NCBI GenBank assembly: GCA_041576165.1
Contig: JBFGLM010000022.1
Location: 1 to 64,000 of the forward strand
Length of the DNA: 64,000 bases
Reading direction: 5' to 3'
From: Acidimicrobiia bacterium
Lineage (GTDB): Bacteria; Actinomycetota; Acidimicrobiia; Spongiisociales; Spongiisociaceae
Numbering within the stretch: position 1 is the stretch's first letter; every line of letters starts with the position of its first letter. This document shows, piece after piece, positions 39,977 to 49,043 of this stretch. The notes beneath the pieces were generated by a model, which saw only the letters and a list, made by a program, of their open reading frames with translations, searched no databases and was not told the origin of the DNA. The translations under genes were made by a program, and so were the position numbers.

Positions 39977-41227
39977 TCAGCGGTGGGGCGGGTCCAGATC
40001 GGACGGCACGATCAAGCGGGCGGCTCGGTCCGCGAACAGGTAGTCGCCCGACCAGGACAGCAGGGCCGAGACCCGGTTCCGGAAGCCAACCAGCTTCAGC
40101 AGATGCAGCCCTAGCCACATGACCCACGCAACGAATCCCTTGAACCGCCACCGGTTGAACAGGTGCACGACTGCTGCGTTCCGCCCGATTACAGCCATGT
40201 TGCCCAAATCCCGGTAGCGGTATGGCTCCAGGCGGTCGCCGGCGAGGTGGCGGAGGATGTTCCTGGCCGCCAGGGCACCCTGCTGTTGCGCATTCTGGGC
40301 CACCATCGGAGCCGAATCCGCCTCGGGATGCGAACTGTCGCCGACGATGAACACGCGCTCAAGGCCGGCGGGCCGGAGATCGGGCCCGGTAGCCACCGTC
40401 CCGTTGCGGCGTTGATCCAGTCCCCAGGCTCCGAGATCCGGCGGGCCACCCACCCCGGCCGTCCAGACGACCGTGTCGGCTTCGAGGCTCGTGCCATCCG
40501 CAAGAATCACACCGCTCTGTTTGACCTCTGCCACTTGGGCGCCGAGCAATACCTCCACACCCTTCTTTTGAAGCCGCTCTTCCGCGTACGCGCGCAGTGA
40601 TTCGGGGTACACGCCAAGCACGTGTGGCGCCCCTTCGAGCAACACCACCCGGACGTCATCGAGGCTCCCCATGTCCTTGTTGAGCGGGCCCCGGATCAAC
40701 TCGATGAGGGCCCCGGCGTATTCGACCCCGGTCGGGCCGCCACCGACGACCATGAACGTGCGAGCGGCGCGACGGGCGGCGCCGGTCAGACGGATCGACC
40801 GCTCGAGGGTGCGCAGGGTGTGATTCCGCAGCGCCATGGCATGATCGAGGATCCGCAACGGCCAGGAGTGTTCGTCAGCGCCTGGCACGCCGAAGTACTG
40901 CGTGGCCGAACCCGGCGCCAGCACCAGGTAGTCGTATGAAACGGCTTTGCCGTCGACGTCGAGCGTCTGCGCGACGAAGTCGATGGACTTCACCGAGCCC
41001 AGCAGGAATTCCACATTGGGCATCCGGCGGATGATGGCTCGGATGGGGTAGGCAATGTCACCGGGTGCGAGCTCGGCTGCAGCCACCTGGTAGAGGAGGG
41101 GAAAGAACGAGTGGTAGTTGTTGCGGTCGATCAGGGTCACGTCGACCGGCTTGCCGGCCAGGCCTTTGGTCGCCCACAGGCCGCCGAAGCCTGCGCCGAC
41201 AATCACGACATGCGGTCGGGTCCTCAC
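39977..41227 (-). CDS. ndh: Type II NADH:quinone oxidoreductase
   Basis: GAGFGG, PLLYQVA, GGGPTGVE and AQNAQQQG. Confidence 0.9.
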   Translation of the reverse strand: MRTRPHVVIVGAGFGGLWATKGLAGKPVDVTLIDRNNYHSFFPLLYQVAAAELAPGDIAYPIRAIIRRMPNVEFLLGSVKSIDFVAQTLDVDGKAVSYDYLVLAPGSATQYFGVPGADEHSWPLRILDHAMALRNHTLRTLERSIRLTGAARRAARTFMVVGGGPTGVEYAGALIELIRGPLNKDMGSLDDVRVVLLEGAPHVLGVYPESLRAYAEERLQKKGVEVLLGAQVAEVKQSGVILADGTSLEADTVVWTAGVGGPPDLGAWGLDQRRNGTVATGPDLRPAGLERVFIVGDSSHPEADSAPMVAQNAQQQGALAARNILRHLAGDRLEPYRYRDLGNMAVIGRNAAVVHLFNRWRFKGFVAWVMWLGLHLLKLVGFRNRVSALLSWSGDYLFADRAARLIVPSDLDPPHR

Positions 41228-41356
41228 TCAGTCACCTCGTGCTGATGAGCTTCACGCTAGATGCGGTGTGCGGATTCCCCGGAATCCGAGCGCGACCGAT
41301 CCATGGTCATGCGTGCGGGAGGAGGCTAGGGTCCAGCCCGGTAGGCCCGCCGCACC

Positions 41357-42940
41357 TCACACGATCTGGATGGTCACGCTGTGGTATCCGGTCGCTCCAT
41401 CCGGACGTGGGGGCGCTATCTCGGCTGTTTGAGTCTCCCCGCCCGCATCAGTTGCCCGCACGCGGACCGTATGGTCCCCTGGTTGCGCGTTCGTGGCGTC
41501 CCAAACGAATGTCCACTGGCGCCACGAGTTGATCGACAAGTCGAGCCCGAGTTCGGCTTCCTGCCACTCGCCGTCATCGATCTGCACCTCGACGCGCTCG
41601 ATCCCGGTGTTCTGAGCCCACGCCACGCCACCGATCGGTACAGCGCCCGGCTGGAAGTTGGCGCGTGGGCGGGGCGTGTCGATCCTCGACTGGGTTTTGA
41701 TCGGTGCCTCCTTCGCCCAGCCGCGAGGTATCCAGTACGCATCGAATGCGTCCCACGCTGTCAGCTCGATCTCGCTGAGCCATTTCGTGGCCGACACATA
41801 TCCGTAGAGCCCCGAAACGACCAGCCGAGCCGGGAACCCATGCTCGAAAGGCAGCGGCTCGCCGTTCATGCCCACGGCCAGGAGGGCGGTACGTCCGTCG
41901 GTGGCAACCTCAGTCGGGAAGCCAACGGTGAAGCCATCAACCGAGCGGCCGACGATCTGAGTGCCCGGCGGCTGAACCCCTGCCCGGTCGAGCAGATCGG
42001 GGAGGGACACCCCCAGCCAGCGCGCTGTCCCTATCAGATCACCACCCACCGAGTTCGAAACACAAGCGATCGTCACATCATGTTCTTCCAAGTCCATGGC
42101 GAGGATCTGGTCGTAGGTCAGCGAATACGGACGATCCACGAGGCCGGTGAACTGGACCGTCCAATCCTCCAGATTGATCATCGGGACCGAGATGGCGGTA
42201 TCGATCCGGTAAAAGATGTCGTTCGGTGTGATCAGCGAAGATACGCCCGCGACGGGGACGTTGGCGTCCGGTGACAGCGGAGCGAGGGGCAAGGCGGGAA
42301 CCGGGAGAACCACGTCGCTGCGGCTGGAGGCGATGATGCGCGCCCGCTCGGCCAGCCAACGTCCCGCGGCGGCCGAAACACCGGCGATCACAAGCACCGA
42401 GCCGGCGCCCAGCAAGAAACGTCGCCGGTCGGCGCCATCGGTGGTTCCCGGATATGTCATCGAGCCCGCTCGCCCCCGCGCCAGGCCGACCAAGCGGGTG
42501 AAGACCAGGACACCCACGATGCCGGCGACGAGCGCGGTACCGGTTGCCAGCATGAATGACACGCCGGCCGATCGGACAAGCCCGAGCCAGGCCAGTCCGG
42601 CGAAGGCCCAGATCACTATCACGCCCGTCGTCGTGGATCGAACGGCACGGCGCCCGATGACCACCCCGGCGATGAGCGCGACAACCAGGATCGACAGCAC
42701 CAGGACCAGCTTGTCCGCCGTCCCGAAGGTGCGGATGGCCCATTTCTGTACCGCCTCGGGAGAAGCTTCCACTACCAGGTCGGCCACGCCAACTACTGGC
42801 GACGGAACGGAGAAGATCAAGCCGGCAATCAATTCGCCCGCCGCGAAGGCGGCGGCAGCGGCCAGCACACCTGCCAGCACAAATCGCCACACCACCGGCG
42901 GTGAGGTCGATTCAGGGGACTGCCGTTCGAGAGTGTCCAT
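41357..42940 (-). CDS. Membrane-anchored sulfite-oxidase-family molybdoenzyme with internal twin-arginine motif
   Basis: N-terminal TMs, then DRRRFL + TM. Core motifs FYRIDT, CVSN (Mo ligand), HGFPARLVV and ATKWL. Confidence 0.9.
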   Translation of the reverse strand: MDTLERQSPESTSPPVVWRFVLAGVLAAAAAFAAGELIAGLIFSVPSPVVGVADLVVEASPEAVQKWAIRTFGTADKLVLVLSILVVALIAGVVIGRRAVRSTTTGVIVIWAFAGLAWLGLVRSAGVSFMLATGTALVAGIVGVLVFTRLVGLARGRAGSMTYPGTTDGADRRRFLLGAGSVLVIAGVSAAAGRWLAERARIIASSRSDVVLPVPALPLAPLSPDANVPVAGVSSLITPNDIFYRIDTAISVPMINLEDWTVQFTGLVDRPYSLTYDQILAMDLEEHDVTIACVSNSVGGDLIGTARWLGVSLPDLLDRAGVQPPGTQIVGRSVDGFTVGFPTEVATDGRTALLAVGMNGEPLPFEHGFPARLVVSGLYGYVSATKWLSEIELTAWDAFDAYWIPRGWAKEAPIKTQSRIDTPRPRANFQPGAVPIGGVAWAQNTGIERVEVQIDDGEWQEAELGLDLSINSWRQWTFVWDATNAQPGDHTVRVRATDAGGETQTAEIAPPRPDGATGYHSVTIQIV

Positions 42941-43097
42941 GGGCTACAGACTACGACCGGCTCCGCAGACCGTTCACAGAACCCGTCGCTGTTTCGTCTT
43001 TGTTCACCTCCGCGTTCGTGCCATGTCATGACTTCCGGTCACCGTGGTAACGAGCGCACCGCAAGCGGCGGTGCCCGTCAGGGAAGGGAGCGCGAAG

Positions 43098-43835
43098 TTG
43101 CGCAGATTGATCGTATTGGCTGTCGCCGCGGCAGTGATGGCAGCAATGACATTGCCGGCTGTGGCCGCAGATCGTGGCCACGAGCCCAGGGAACAGACCT
43201 ACACCGTGACGGTGACCAACGTGAACGCCAACCAGTGGTTCACGCCGCCGGTCATTGCCACCCACGGCAAAAAGAACGTGGTCTTCAAGACCGGAAAGCC
43301 TGCGTCCTTCGAACTCAAGGAGATCGCCGAGAACGGAAATCTCGCCCCGATGGAGGCGGCCCTGTCGAACAACCGCCGCGTGCATGACGTGGTGGTCGCG
43401 GTGAGCTCACCAATGCCACCGCTAGGCCCGGGGAGCTCAATCACCGTTGACATCGACGGCAGCTCGAAGACCAAACGGCTATCGATCGCCTCGATGCTGA
43501 TCTGCACCAACGATGGGTTTACCGGATTCAACGCGGTCAAGCTGCCCCGCCGGGTCGGGCAGACGGTCACCTATTACGCCGGAGCCTACGACGCCGGAAC
43601 GGAGATCAACAACCAGGACCTCGCCGATATCGTGCCGCCATGCCAGGGTCTGAATGGCGTGGTGGACGACATGAAAGCGCCTGGGACCGGTGAATCTGAT
43701 CCGGCCTTGGCTGAAGGTGGCGTGATAACGATGCACCCAGGTATCGTGAAAGACGTCGGCGACTTGACCCCTGCCGCTCACGGATGGGACGTCGATGCAC
43801 CGGTCATGAAGGTGACGATCACCCGCAACGGTTGA
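43098..43835 (+). CDS. Secreted spondin_N domain protein
   Basis: Signal peptide, then FTPPVIATH, IAENG, MLICTNDGF and YDAGTEIN. Confidence 0.85.
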   Translation: MRRLIVLAVAAAVMAAMTLPAVAADRGHEPREQTYTVTVTNVNANQWFTPPVIATHGKKNVVFKTGKPASFELKEIAENGNLAPMEAALSNNRRVHDVVVAVSSPMPPLGPGSSITVDIDGSSKTKRLSIASMLICTNDGFTGFNAVKLPRRVGQTVTYYAGAYDAGTEINNQDLADIVPPCQGLNGVVDDMKAPGTGESDPALAEGGVITMHPGIVKDVGDLTPAAHGWDVDAPVMKVTITRNG

Positions 43836-43861
43836 GCCACTCGCGAGTACATCCTCGCATC

Positions 43862-43894
43862 GGAGCCCCGGGTGACTCGGTCACCCGGGGCTCC
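43862..43894 (+). terminator. 15-bp perfect hairpin after the spondin gene
   Basis: GGAGCCCCGGGTGAC-TCG-GTCACCCGGGGCTCC. Confidence 0.65.
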
Positions 43895-43931
43895 TGGCAC
43901 AATGTGAGAGATTCGGCCCAAGGAGTTCGAA

Positions 43932-44339
43932 ATGACCGACCAGCGCAGTGACCTCCCGGCTAGCGAAGCCGAGTGGCGAGAGCGCCTCAATCCTCAGCAA
44001 TACGACGTCCTCCGTAATTCGGGCACCGAACGTCCGTTCAGTGGGATCTATTGGGACGAGAAGAGCCCAGGTCTCTACCGCTGTGCCGGCTGCGGGACGC
44101 CGCTCTTCCGCTCCGACACCAAGTTCGAGTCGGGCACCGGGTGGCCGAGCTTCTGGGAGCCGATTGACCCTGACAACGTGATAGAGGAGACCGACCACAG
44201 TCACGGGATGGTTCGCACCGAGGTGAAGTGTGCAGTGTGTCAGGGCCACCTGGGCCACGTTTTTCCGGACGGGCCCCAGCCCACGGGCCTTCGCTACTGC
44301 ATGAATTCAGCCGCGCTCGACCTGCAAGCCGACGAGTGA
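43932..44339 (+). CDS. msrB: Peptide-methionine (R)-S-oxide reductase
   Basis: [24 protein letters not shown] and RYCMNS; two zinc-binding CxxC. Confidence 0.96.
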   Translation: MTDQRSDLPASEAEWRERLNPQQYDVLRNSGTERPFSGIYWDEKSPGLYRCAGCGTPLFRSDTKFESGTGWPSFWEPIDPDNVIEETDHSHGMVRTEVKCAVCQGHLGHVFPDGPQPTGLRYCMNSAALDLQADE

Positions 44340-44389
44340 CGTGCCCGGGCCCGGCGACATGCTGGGTGCCCGGCGAGCATGGATAGAGC

Positions 44390-44463
44390 GAGAAACGACC
44401 GGCTCCGTCCGACTCCATTCCCATGACTCCGCAAAGTCATATTGGACGGCTCGGTCGTTTCTC
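44390..44463. ncRNA. Candidate structured RNA (three stacked stems)
   Basis: GAGAAACGACCG/CGGTCGTTTCTC (12 bp), CCGTCC/GGACGG and ATGACT/AGTCAT. A minus-strand TACTCT lies 6 nt before the stem. Confidence 0.35.
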
Positions 44464-44534
44464 AGTGAGAGAGTACCCGATCGGGTGCAGCAACTACGCG
44501 AAACAGCGGCGCCCGTCATCACGACCTGTCGGCG

Positions 44535-44774
44535 TCAGCTCGATATGGCTGCCGCCACCTCCTCGGGTGTGGGGTTGACCAGCGCAAGATCACCAACCAT
44601 CACCGTGGGAACGGTCTCGTTGCCGAAGGCCACCGAACGCACAAAGGCCGCGGCAGCGGCGTCATCCCAGATGTTTCGTTCCTCGTACTCGATTCCCATG
44701 CGGTCAAGCGAGCGGGTCAGCGACCCACAGAAGGGACAGCCCGGCCGCCAGTACACGGTCACATTGGCCGACAT
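44535..44774 (-). CDS. Mycoredoxin/glutaredoxin-like protein
   Basis: VYWRPGCPFC and GNETVPTV. Confidence 0.88.
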   Translation of the reverse strand: MSANVTVYWRPGCPFCGSLTRSLDRMGIEYEERNIWDDAAAAAFVRSVAFGNETVPTVMVGDLALVNPTPEEVAAAISS

Positions 44775-44862
44775 CAATTCACTCCTTGGCAGCCGCCGTC
44801 GCCCGCTGAACACCACAACCCGCCCGGGCGCAGCATTATTCAGCCAACGGTAGGGTTCCGCC

Positions 44863-45732
44863 ATGCGCTACCTCACAGCACAGGATGTGCGCGCCTCCCT
44901 GCCTATGCCAACTGCGATTGCGGCGATGCGAGATGCGTTCAGCGACGACGTCGAGTTCCCGCCGCGGGCGCTGCTGGGCCGATCGCTGTTCATGCCGGGA
45001 CGGGTGGGCTCCGTCTCAGGCATCAAGGTCGTGTCGACTGTGCCCGGCCAGCCGGTTGGAACAGTGATCATATTCGACTCCGAGGGCAAACCACTCGGCA
45101 TGGTCGATGGCCCCACCCTCACAGCCGTCCGGACAGGAGCTGGAGCAGGCCTGGCCACCGATCTCCTGGCGCCCCTGGAAGCGTCGACCATGGCAATGCT
45201 CGGCGCGGGCGCCATGGCGTACGACCAGGTCGAGGCGGTGCGAGCGGTCCGACAGGTGAGCGACATTCGCGTCTGGAGCCGCACGCCCGAGCGGGCAGAG
45301 GCGTTGGCCGGACGAATCCAAGGAGCGCAGCCCGTCGAGGACGTTGCTGAGGCCGTCACGGACGCGAGCATCATCAGTACGGCCACACCCTCCCGCAGCC
45401 CCCTGTTCGATCCGGCCGACGTTGCGAAGGATGTTCATATCAACGCAGTGGGAGCATTCACACCCGAGATGGTCGAGATCCCGGCGGCCGTCGTCCGTCG
45501 GTGTTTCCGGGTGGTGGACGATGTCTCTGCCGCCGCAGAGGAGGCAGGTGATCTGATTCAGGCTGGAGTCCAGCCGGACGCCACGATGGCCGACCTGCTG
45601 GCCGGCCGCGTGAATGCACCGGCCGGACCGACCCTGTTCAAGTCGGTCGGGGTAGCGTCCCAGGACGTAGCGGCCGGGCTGGCTGCGCTGCAGTCGGCTG
45701 GGGCCCGGGGGCTCGGTACGCTCGTGGAGTGA
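44863..45732 (+). CDS. Ornithine cyclodeaminase/mu-crystallin family protein
   Basis: LTAVRTGA, LGAGAMA, HINAVG and FKSVGVASQD. Confidence 0.9.
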   Translation: MRYLTAQDVRASLPMPTAIAAMRDAFSDDVEFPPRALLGRSLFMPGRVGSVSGIKVVSTVPGQPVGTVIIFDSEGKPLGMVDGPTLTAVRTGAGAGLATDLLAPLEASTMAMLGAGAMAYDQVEAVRAVRQVSDIRVWSRTPERAEALAGRIQGAQPVEDVAEAVTDASIISTATPSRSPLFDPADVAKDVHINAVGAFTPEMVEIPAAVVRRCFRVVDDVSAAAEEAGDLIQAGVQPDATMADLLAGRVNAPAGPTLFKSVGVASQDVAAGLAALQSAGARGLGTLVE

Positions 45733-45738
45733 TCAGTC

Positions 45739-46998
45739 TCACCGGCCCTCGCGGACCGAGACGAGCAACCCGGAGACGATGATCACCTGCGCCACGAGCG
45801 CGGTACAACCGGCAAGCACCAACCCGAACGAGGTGGGAATCCTGAACAGCACGGGCACGATCGCTCCCGCCACCCAGGCCAGCTGGAACAAAGTCTCAGA
45901 TCTCGTGAAAGCTGCTCCCCGCTGGGAAGGAGCAAGACTCTGTTGCAGCAGACCGTCATAGCCGAACTTGGCAGTTCCCCAGGCCAGCCCGGCCGAACCG
46001 GCCAGCACGGCAGCTGCCACCACCCCGAAGATCTGAGCCGTGATGAATGCGGCCGCAGCCTCCACCGCGAGGGCGGCAACGACCATCGGCTCCTCGGCGA
46101 GTTTGCGCTCGAGTAGCGGCGACACCGAGGAGGCGACCGCAAAGCCCAGCCCGGCTGCACCCAGCAACGCGCCAAAGCCCAGAATTCCCTGATCCGCGTC
46201 ACGGAGCGCAAAGGCCATCAGCAAGAGCAGGTAGCCGTTCAGCAGGCGAACAACCGCGGTGGCTATACGCGAGAAACGCAGCGCCCGAGGGCCCGGTGCT
46301 GCCCGGCTTCTCCGCCATTCGACTGTCTCCTGGGCCGGCAACGCGGCTTCAAAGTCGATCCGGAGTGCATTGGCCCAGATCGCGGATGCAACGAAGAACG
46401 CGGCGGCGATTGCGAGTGTCACGGGCAAACCGACCCACCGGTTCGCGCCCAGACCGATCGGTGCTACGAGAGCGCCGGCAATGATGCCGATTCTGGCCAG
46501 GCGAGCGTTGGCGGCGACGAGCGCCACCGGCTGGGGCAGCGACATGGGAAGCAGCGCGCTACGGCTGATTCCGTAGATCCGGGACAGAGCCAAGAGGGCG
46601 AAGGCGAGAACGAATAGTGCCAGGCCGGTATTCATCCGCATCATCCCAATGGCGATGGCCGCCCGGAGCAGCGACGCGCCCGCCAGCCCGGCGCGATAGG
46701 AACCCGGGAAATGGTTGAACACCGAGCTGAGCACGGGCGCCACAACGGCAAATGGCGCGACGGTGATCAGAAGGTATGCGATCACGTTCCCGCGTGCCGC
46801 CGTCGACGGGACCGAGAAGAAGAGCGTATCGGCCAGCGCCAGCGCGATCAGCGTGTCGCCCGCGACGTTGGCCGAATACGACAGCGCCAAGCGTCGGAAC
46901 GCCCAGCCGTGCAACGAGAAGGCAGCCTCGATCCGCTCATACGCGCGCCGCGAGGCTCTTCGGGCGAAGCCGTGATTCGATGCAGCGTGGTCGCTCAT
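45739..46998 (-). CDS. MFS transporter
   Basis: About 12 hydrophobic segments; APFAVVAP and ETLFQLAWVAG. Confidence 0.85.
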   Translation of the reverse strand: MSDHAASNHGFARRASRRAYERIEAAFSLHGWAFRRLALSYSANVAGDTLIALALADTLFFSVPSTAARGNVIAYLLITVAPFAVVAPVLSSVFNHFPGSYRAGLAGASLLRAAIAIGMMRMNTGLALFVLAFALLALSRIYGISRSALLPMSLPQPVALVAANARLARIGIIAGALVAPIGLGANRWVGLPVTLAIAAAFFVASAIWANALRIDFEAALPAQETVEWRRSRAAPGPRALRFSRIATAVVRLLNGYLLLLMAFALRDADQGILGFGALLGAAGLGFAVASSVSPLLERKLAEEPMVVAALAVEAAAAFITAQIFGVVAAAVLAGSAGLAWGTAKFGYDGLLQQSLAPSQRGAAFTRSETLFQLAWVAGAIVPVLFRIPTSFGLVLAGCTALVAQVIIVSGLLVSVREGR

Positions 46999-47103
46999 CC
47001 GGTCCGATCGCGATGTTCGGCGCGAACGTACCTCATCCGGTGTGGCAGAGTCGGGAATGTTTGGGGGGAAAAGCCTGGTGTGTGACCGCGAGCAGGGTTC
47101 TTG

Positions 47104-47493
47104 TCAACCTTGGTCGTCGGCCGCAGCATGTTCGGCTTCGTGTTCGGCGATCTTGCGCCGCACGTCGTCCATATCGAGTGCCTTGACCTGGGAGATCAGG
47201 TCCTCCAACGCGGCCTGAGGCAGCGCACCCGGTTGGGCGAAGATGAGGATTTGATCGCGGAACACCATCAGCGTGGGAATCGAGCGTATCCCAAATGCTT
47301 GCGCCAACTCCTGCTCAGCCTCGGTGTCGACCTTGCCGAAGGTCACATCTTCGTGCTCCTCCGATGCGGCCTCGAACGTCGGAGCGAAGGTGCGACACGG
47401 CCCGCACCACTCTGCCCAAAAATCGACGAACACCGTCTCGTTGTCGGCGATGGCGGCTTCGAACGAATCCTTGGTGAGTGCAATGGTGGCCAT
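47104..47493 (-). CDS. trxA: Thioredoxin
   Basis: DFWAEWCGPC and IRSIPTL. Confidence 0.95.
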   Translation of the reverse strand: MATIALTKDSFEAAIADNETVFVDFWAEWCGPCRTFAPTFEAASEEHEDVTFGKVDTEAEQELAQAFGIRSIPTLMVFRDQILIFAQPGALPQAALEDLISQVKALDMDDVRRKIAEHEAEHAAADDQG

Positions 47494-47525
47494 GTCGGTC
47501 CTCTCGAAGTTCCTGGCGACATTTG

Positions 47526-47552
47526 CAACGGTAGCGGCCGGCAGAGTATTCC
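47526..47552 (-). promoter_or_regulatory. SigH/SigR-type promoter of trxA
   Basis: GGAAT-actctgccggccgctacc(18 nt)-GTTG. Confidence 0.75.
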
Positions 47553-47585
47553 CGGCCGCTGAGCATTACTCCGGCCCGATTCGAG

Positions 47586-47674
47586 AATGACTAGTCAACC
47601 CAAGAATAACTAGTCACCCAAATAACTAGTCACCCAAATAACTAGTCACTTCGTGTGCGAAAGATCTAGTCACT
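47586..47674. repeat. Array of five CTAGTCA boxes, including about 3 tandem copies of AATAACTAGTCACCCA and a perfect TGACTAGTCA palindrome
   Basis: Cores start at 47591, 47610, 47626, 47642 and 47666 (spacings 19/16/16/24). AT-rich relative to the rest of the window. Confidence 0.9.
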
Positions 47675-47709
47675 GTGTAGGGTGCCCCCGACCACAACAC
47701 GGGGGATGC

Positions 47710-48960
47710 ATGATACGGACGGGTCGCGCGGTCGCGCGCGAGCGAATTACCCGGAGATTCGAGCGCAACGCGCTCGCTGCTGCGGCGGCTGGACTGAGTC
47801 GCGTCCGGGTCGAAGACGAGCAACACGACGGCGGTCACGTCGTCATCGACGGACGCAAGGTCCTCAACATGGGCTCATGCGCGTATCTGGGGCTCAACGT
47901 GGACCAACGCCTCAAGCAGGGGGCGATCGAAGCCGTCGAACGATTTGGGCCGGTATTCTCATCGTCCACCGCCTACACCTCGGTACCGCTCTACACCCGC
48001 CTCGAGCAACAGCTCGGGGAGATAATGGGATGCCGGACGCTGGTACCGACGACGACGACGCTGGGCCACTTCGCGTTTCTGCAGGTCGCTCCTGAATCCG
48101 GCGACGTGGTCATAGTCGACGCACAGGCCCATGCATCGCTTCACCTGGCGGCCCATCTACCGCAGGCCCAGGGAATCGAGATCTGGGCAGTCGCACACAA
48201 CGACCCATCCGAGCTCGAGGAAGCAATTCTCCGGGCCGAGGCAGATGGCGCGGGGCGGATCTGGTACGTCGCCGACGGTGTCTATTCCATGTATGGCGAC
48301 ACTTTCTTCAGCGGCGAACTGCTGTCATTGCTCGACGCGCACCCCTCACTGCACGCGTACATCGACGATGCGCACGGGTTCAGCTGGTTTGGCTACCACG
48401 GCTGCGGCTTGGTGCGGGACGGCGTTGGCTTGCACCCACGGGTGATCATTGCCGCGTCGCTTTCGAAGTCGTTCGGGTCCGGCGGTGCGGCTCTCGCCAT
48501 CCCGGACGAGGACCTCGCGGACCGGATCCAGGTTGCCAGCGGCACTATGACCTTCTCGGGACCGCTGCACCCGGCTGAGCTAGGCGCAGCAACGGTCTCC
48601 GCTGAAATCCATCTCTCCGATGAAGGTGCCGACCGCCAGGCCGAGCTCATGCGCCAGATCCGCCTGATGCGCCAGCTCCTGGCCGGCGCCCGGGTGCCGG
48701 TGGCCGATGCTTCGCTCACCCCGATCTGGTACCTGCCGGTCGGGCCGGCTCAGGCCGCCATTGATCTGGGCCGAAAACTGCTCGACGCCGAGATCTACAC
48801 CAATGTTGCATTGTTTCCCGCTGTGCCCCATGGAATGGCGGGTCTACGGTTCACTCAGACGCTGTACCACTCGGATGCCGACCTGATGCGCGTTGCAGAT
48901 ACGCTGGGCGAGCTGCTCCCCGAGGTGCTGTCGGACCGCAACGTGGTGGACCTCCGCTGA
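47710..48960 (+). CDS. Alpha-oxoamine synthase family PLP enzyme (BioF/Kbl/SPT/CqsA superfamily), non-canonical subfamily
   Basis: GSCAYLGL, HASL, DGVYSMYGD, DDAHG and SLSKSFG (PLP Lys). Has FSSSTAY/TTTTLGH where BioF has GSGGSR/SGY. Confidence 0.85.
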   Translation: MIRTGRAVARERITRRFERNALAAAAAGLSRVRVEDEQHDGGHVVIDGRKVLNMGSCAYLGLNVDQRLKQGAIEAVERFGPVFSSSTAYTSVPLYTRLEQQLGEIMGCRTLVPTTTTLGHFAFLQVAPESGDVVIVDAQAHASLHLAAHLPQAQGIEIWAVAHNDPSELEEAILRAEADGAGRIWYVADGVYSMYGDTFFSGELLSLLDAHPSLHAYIDDAHGFSWFGYHGCGLVRDGVGLHPRVIIAASLSKSFGSGGAALAIPDEDLADRIQVASGTMTFSGPLHPAELGAATVSAEIHLSDEGADRQAELMRQIRLMRQLLAGARVPVADASLTPIWYLPVGPAQAAIDLGRKLLDAEIYTNVALFPAVPHGMAGLRFTQTLYHSDADLMRVADTLGELLPEVLSDRNVVDLR

Positions 48961-49043
48961 AACAAGCGCCCGATCGGAGGCTCGAGACTGGGCGAGAATC
49001 CGTTCAACAGCGGCATCAGCTCTGCCGATGAGTATGTGTGGGG

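Noticed and set aside
44345-44535. Identification as 6S RNA, SRP RNA, tRNA-Sec or 6C RNA
   Set aside because: No SRP GGAA/GCAG motif, no cloverleaf or T-loop, no C-rich loops, and the outer stem is too weak to call 6S. Kept only as an unnamed candidate.
47586-47674. Repeat array as a mini-CRISPR or plasmid iteron origin
   Set aside because: Units are 16 bp and contiguous with no unique spacers, and there are no cas or rep genes in the window.
47710-48960. Calling the gene bioF or cqsA
   Set aside because: It lacks the BioF GSGGSR-type motif and bio neighbours, and CqsA orthology cannot be shown by eye.
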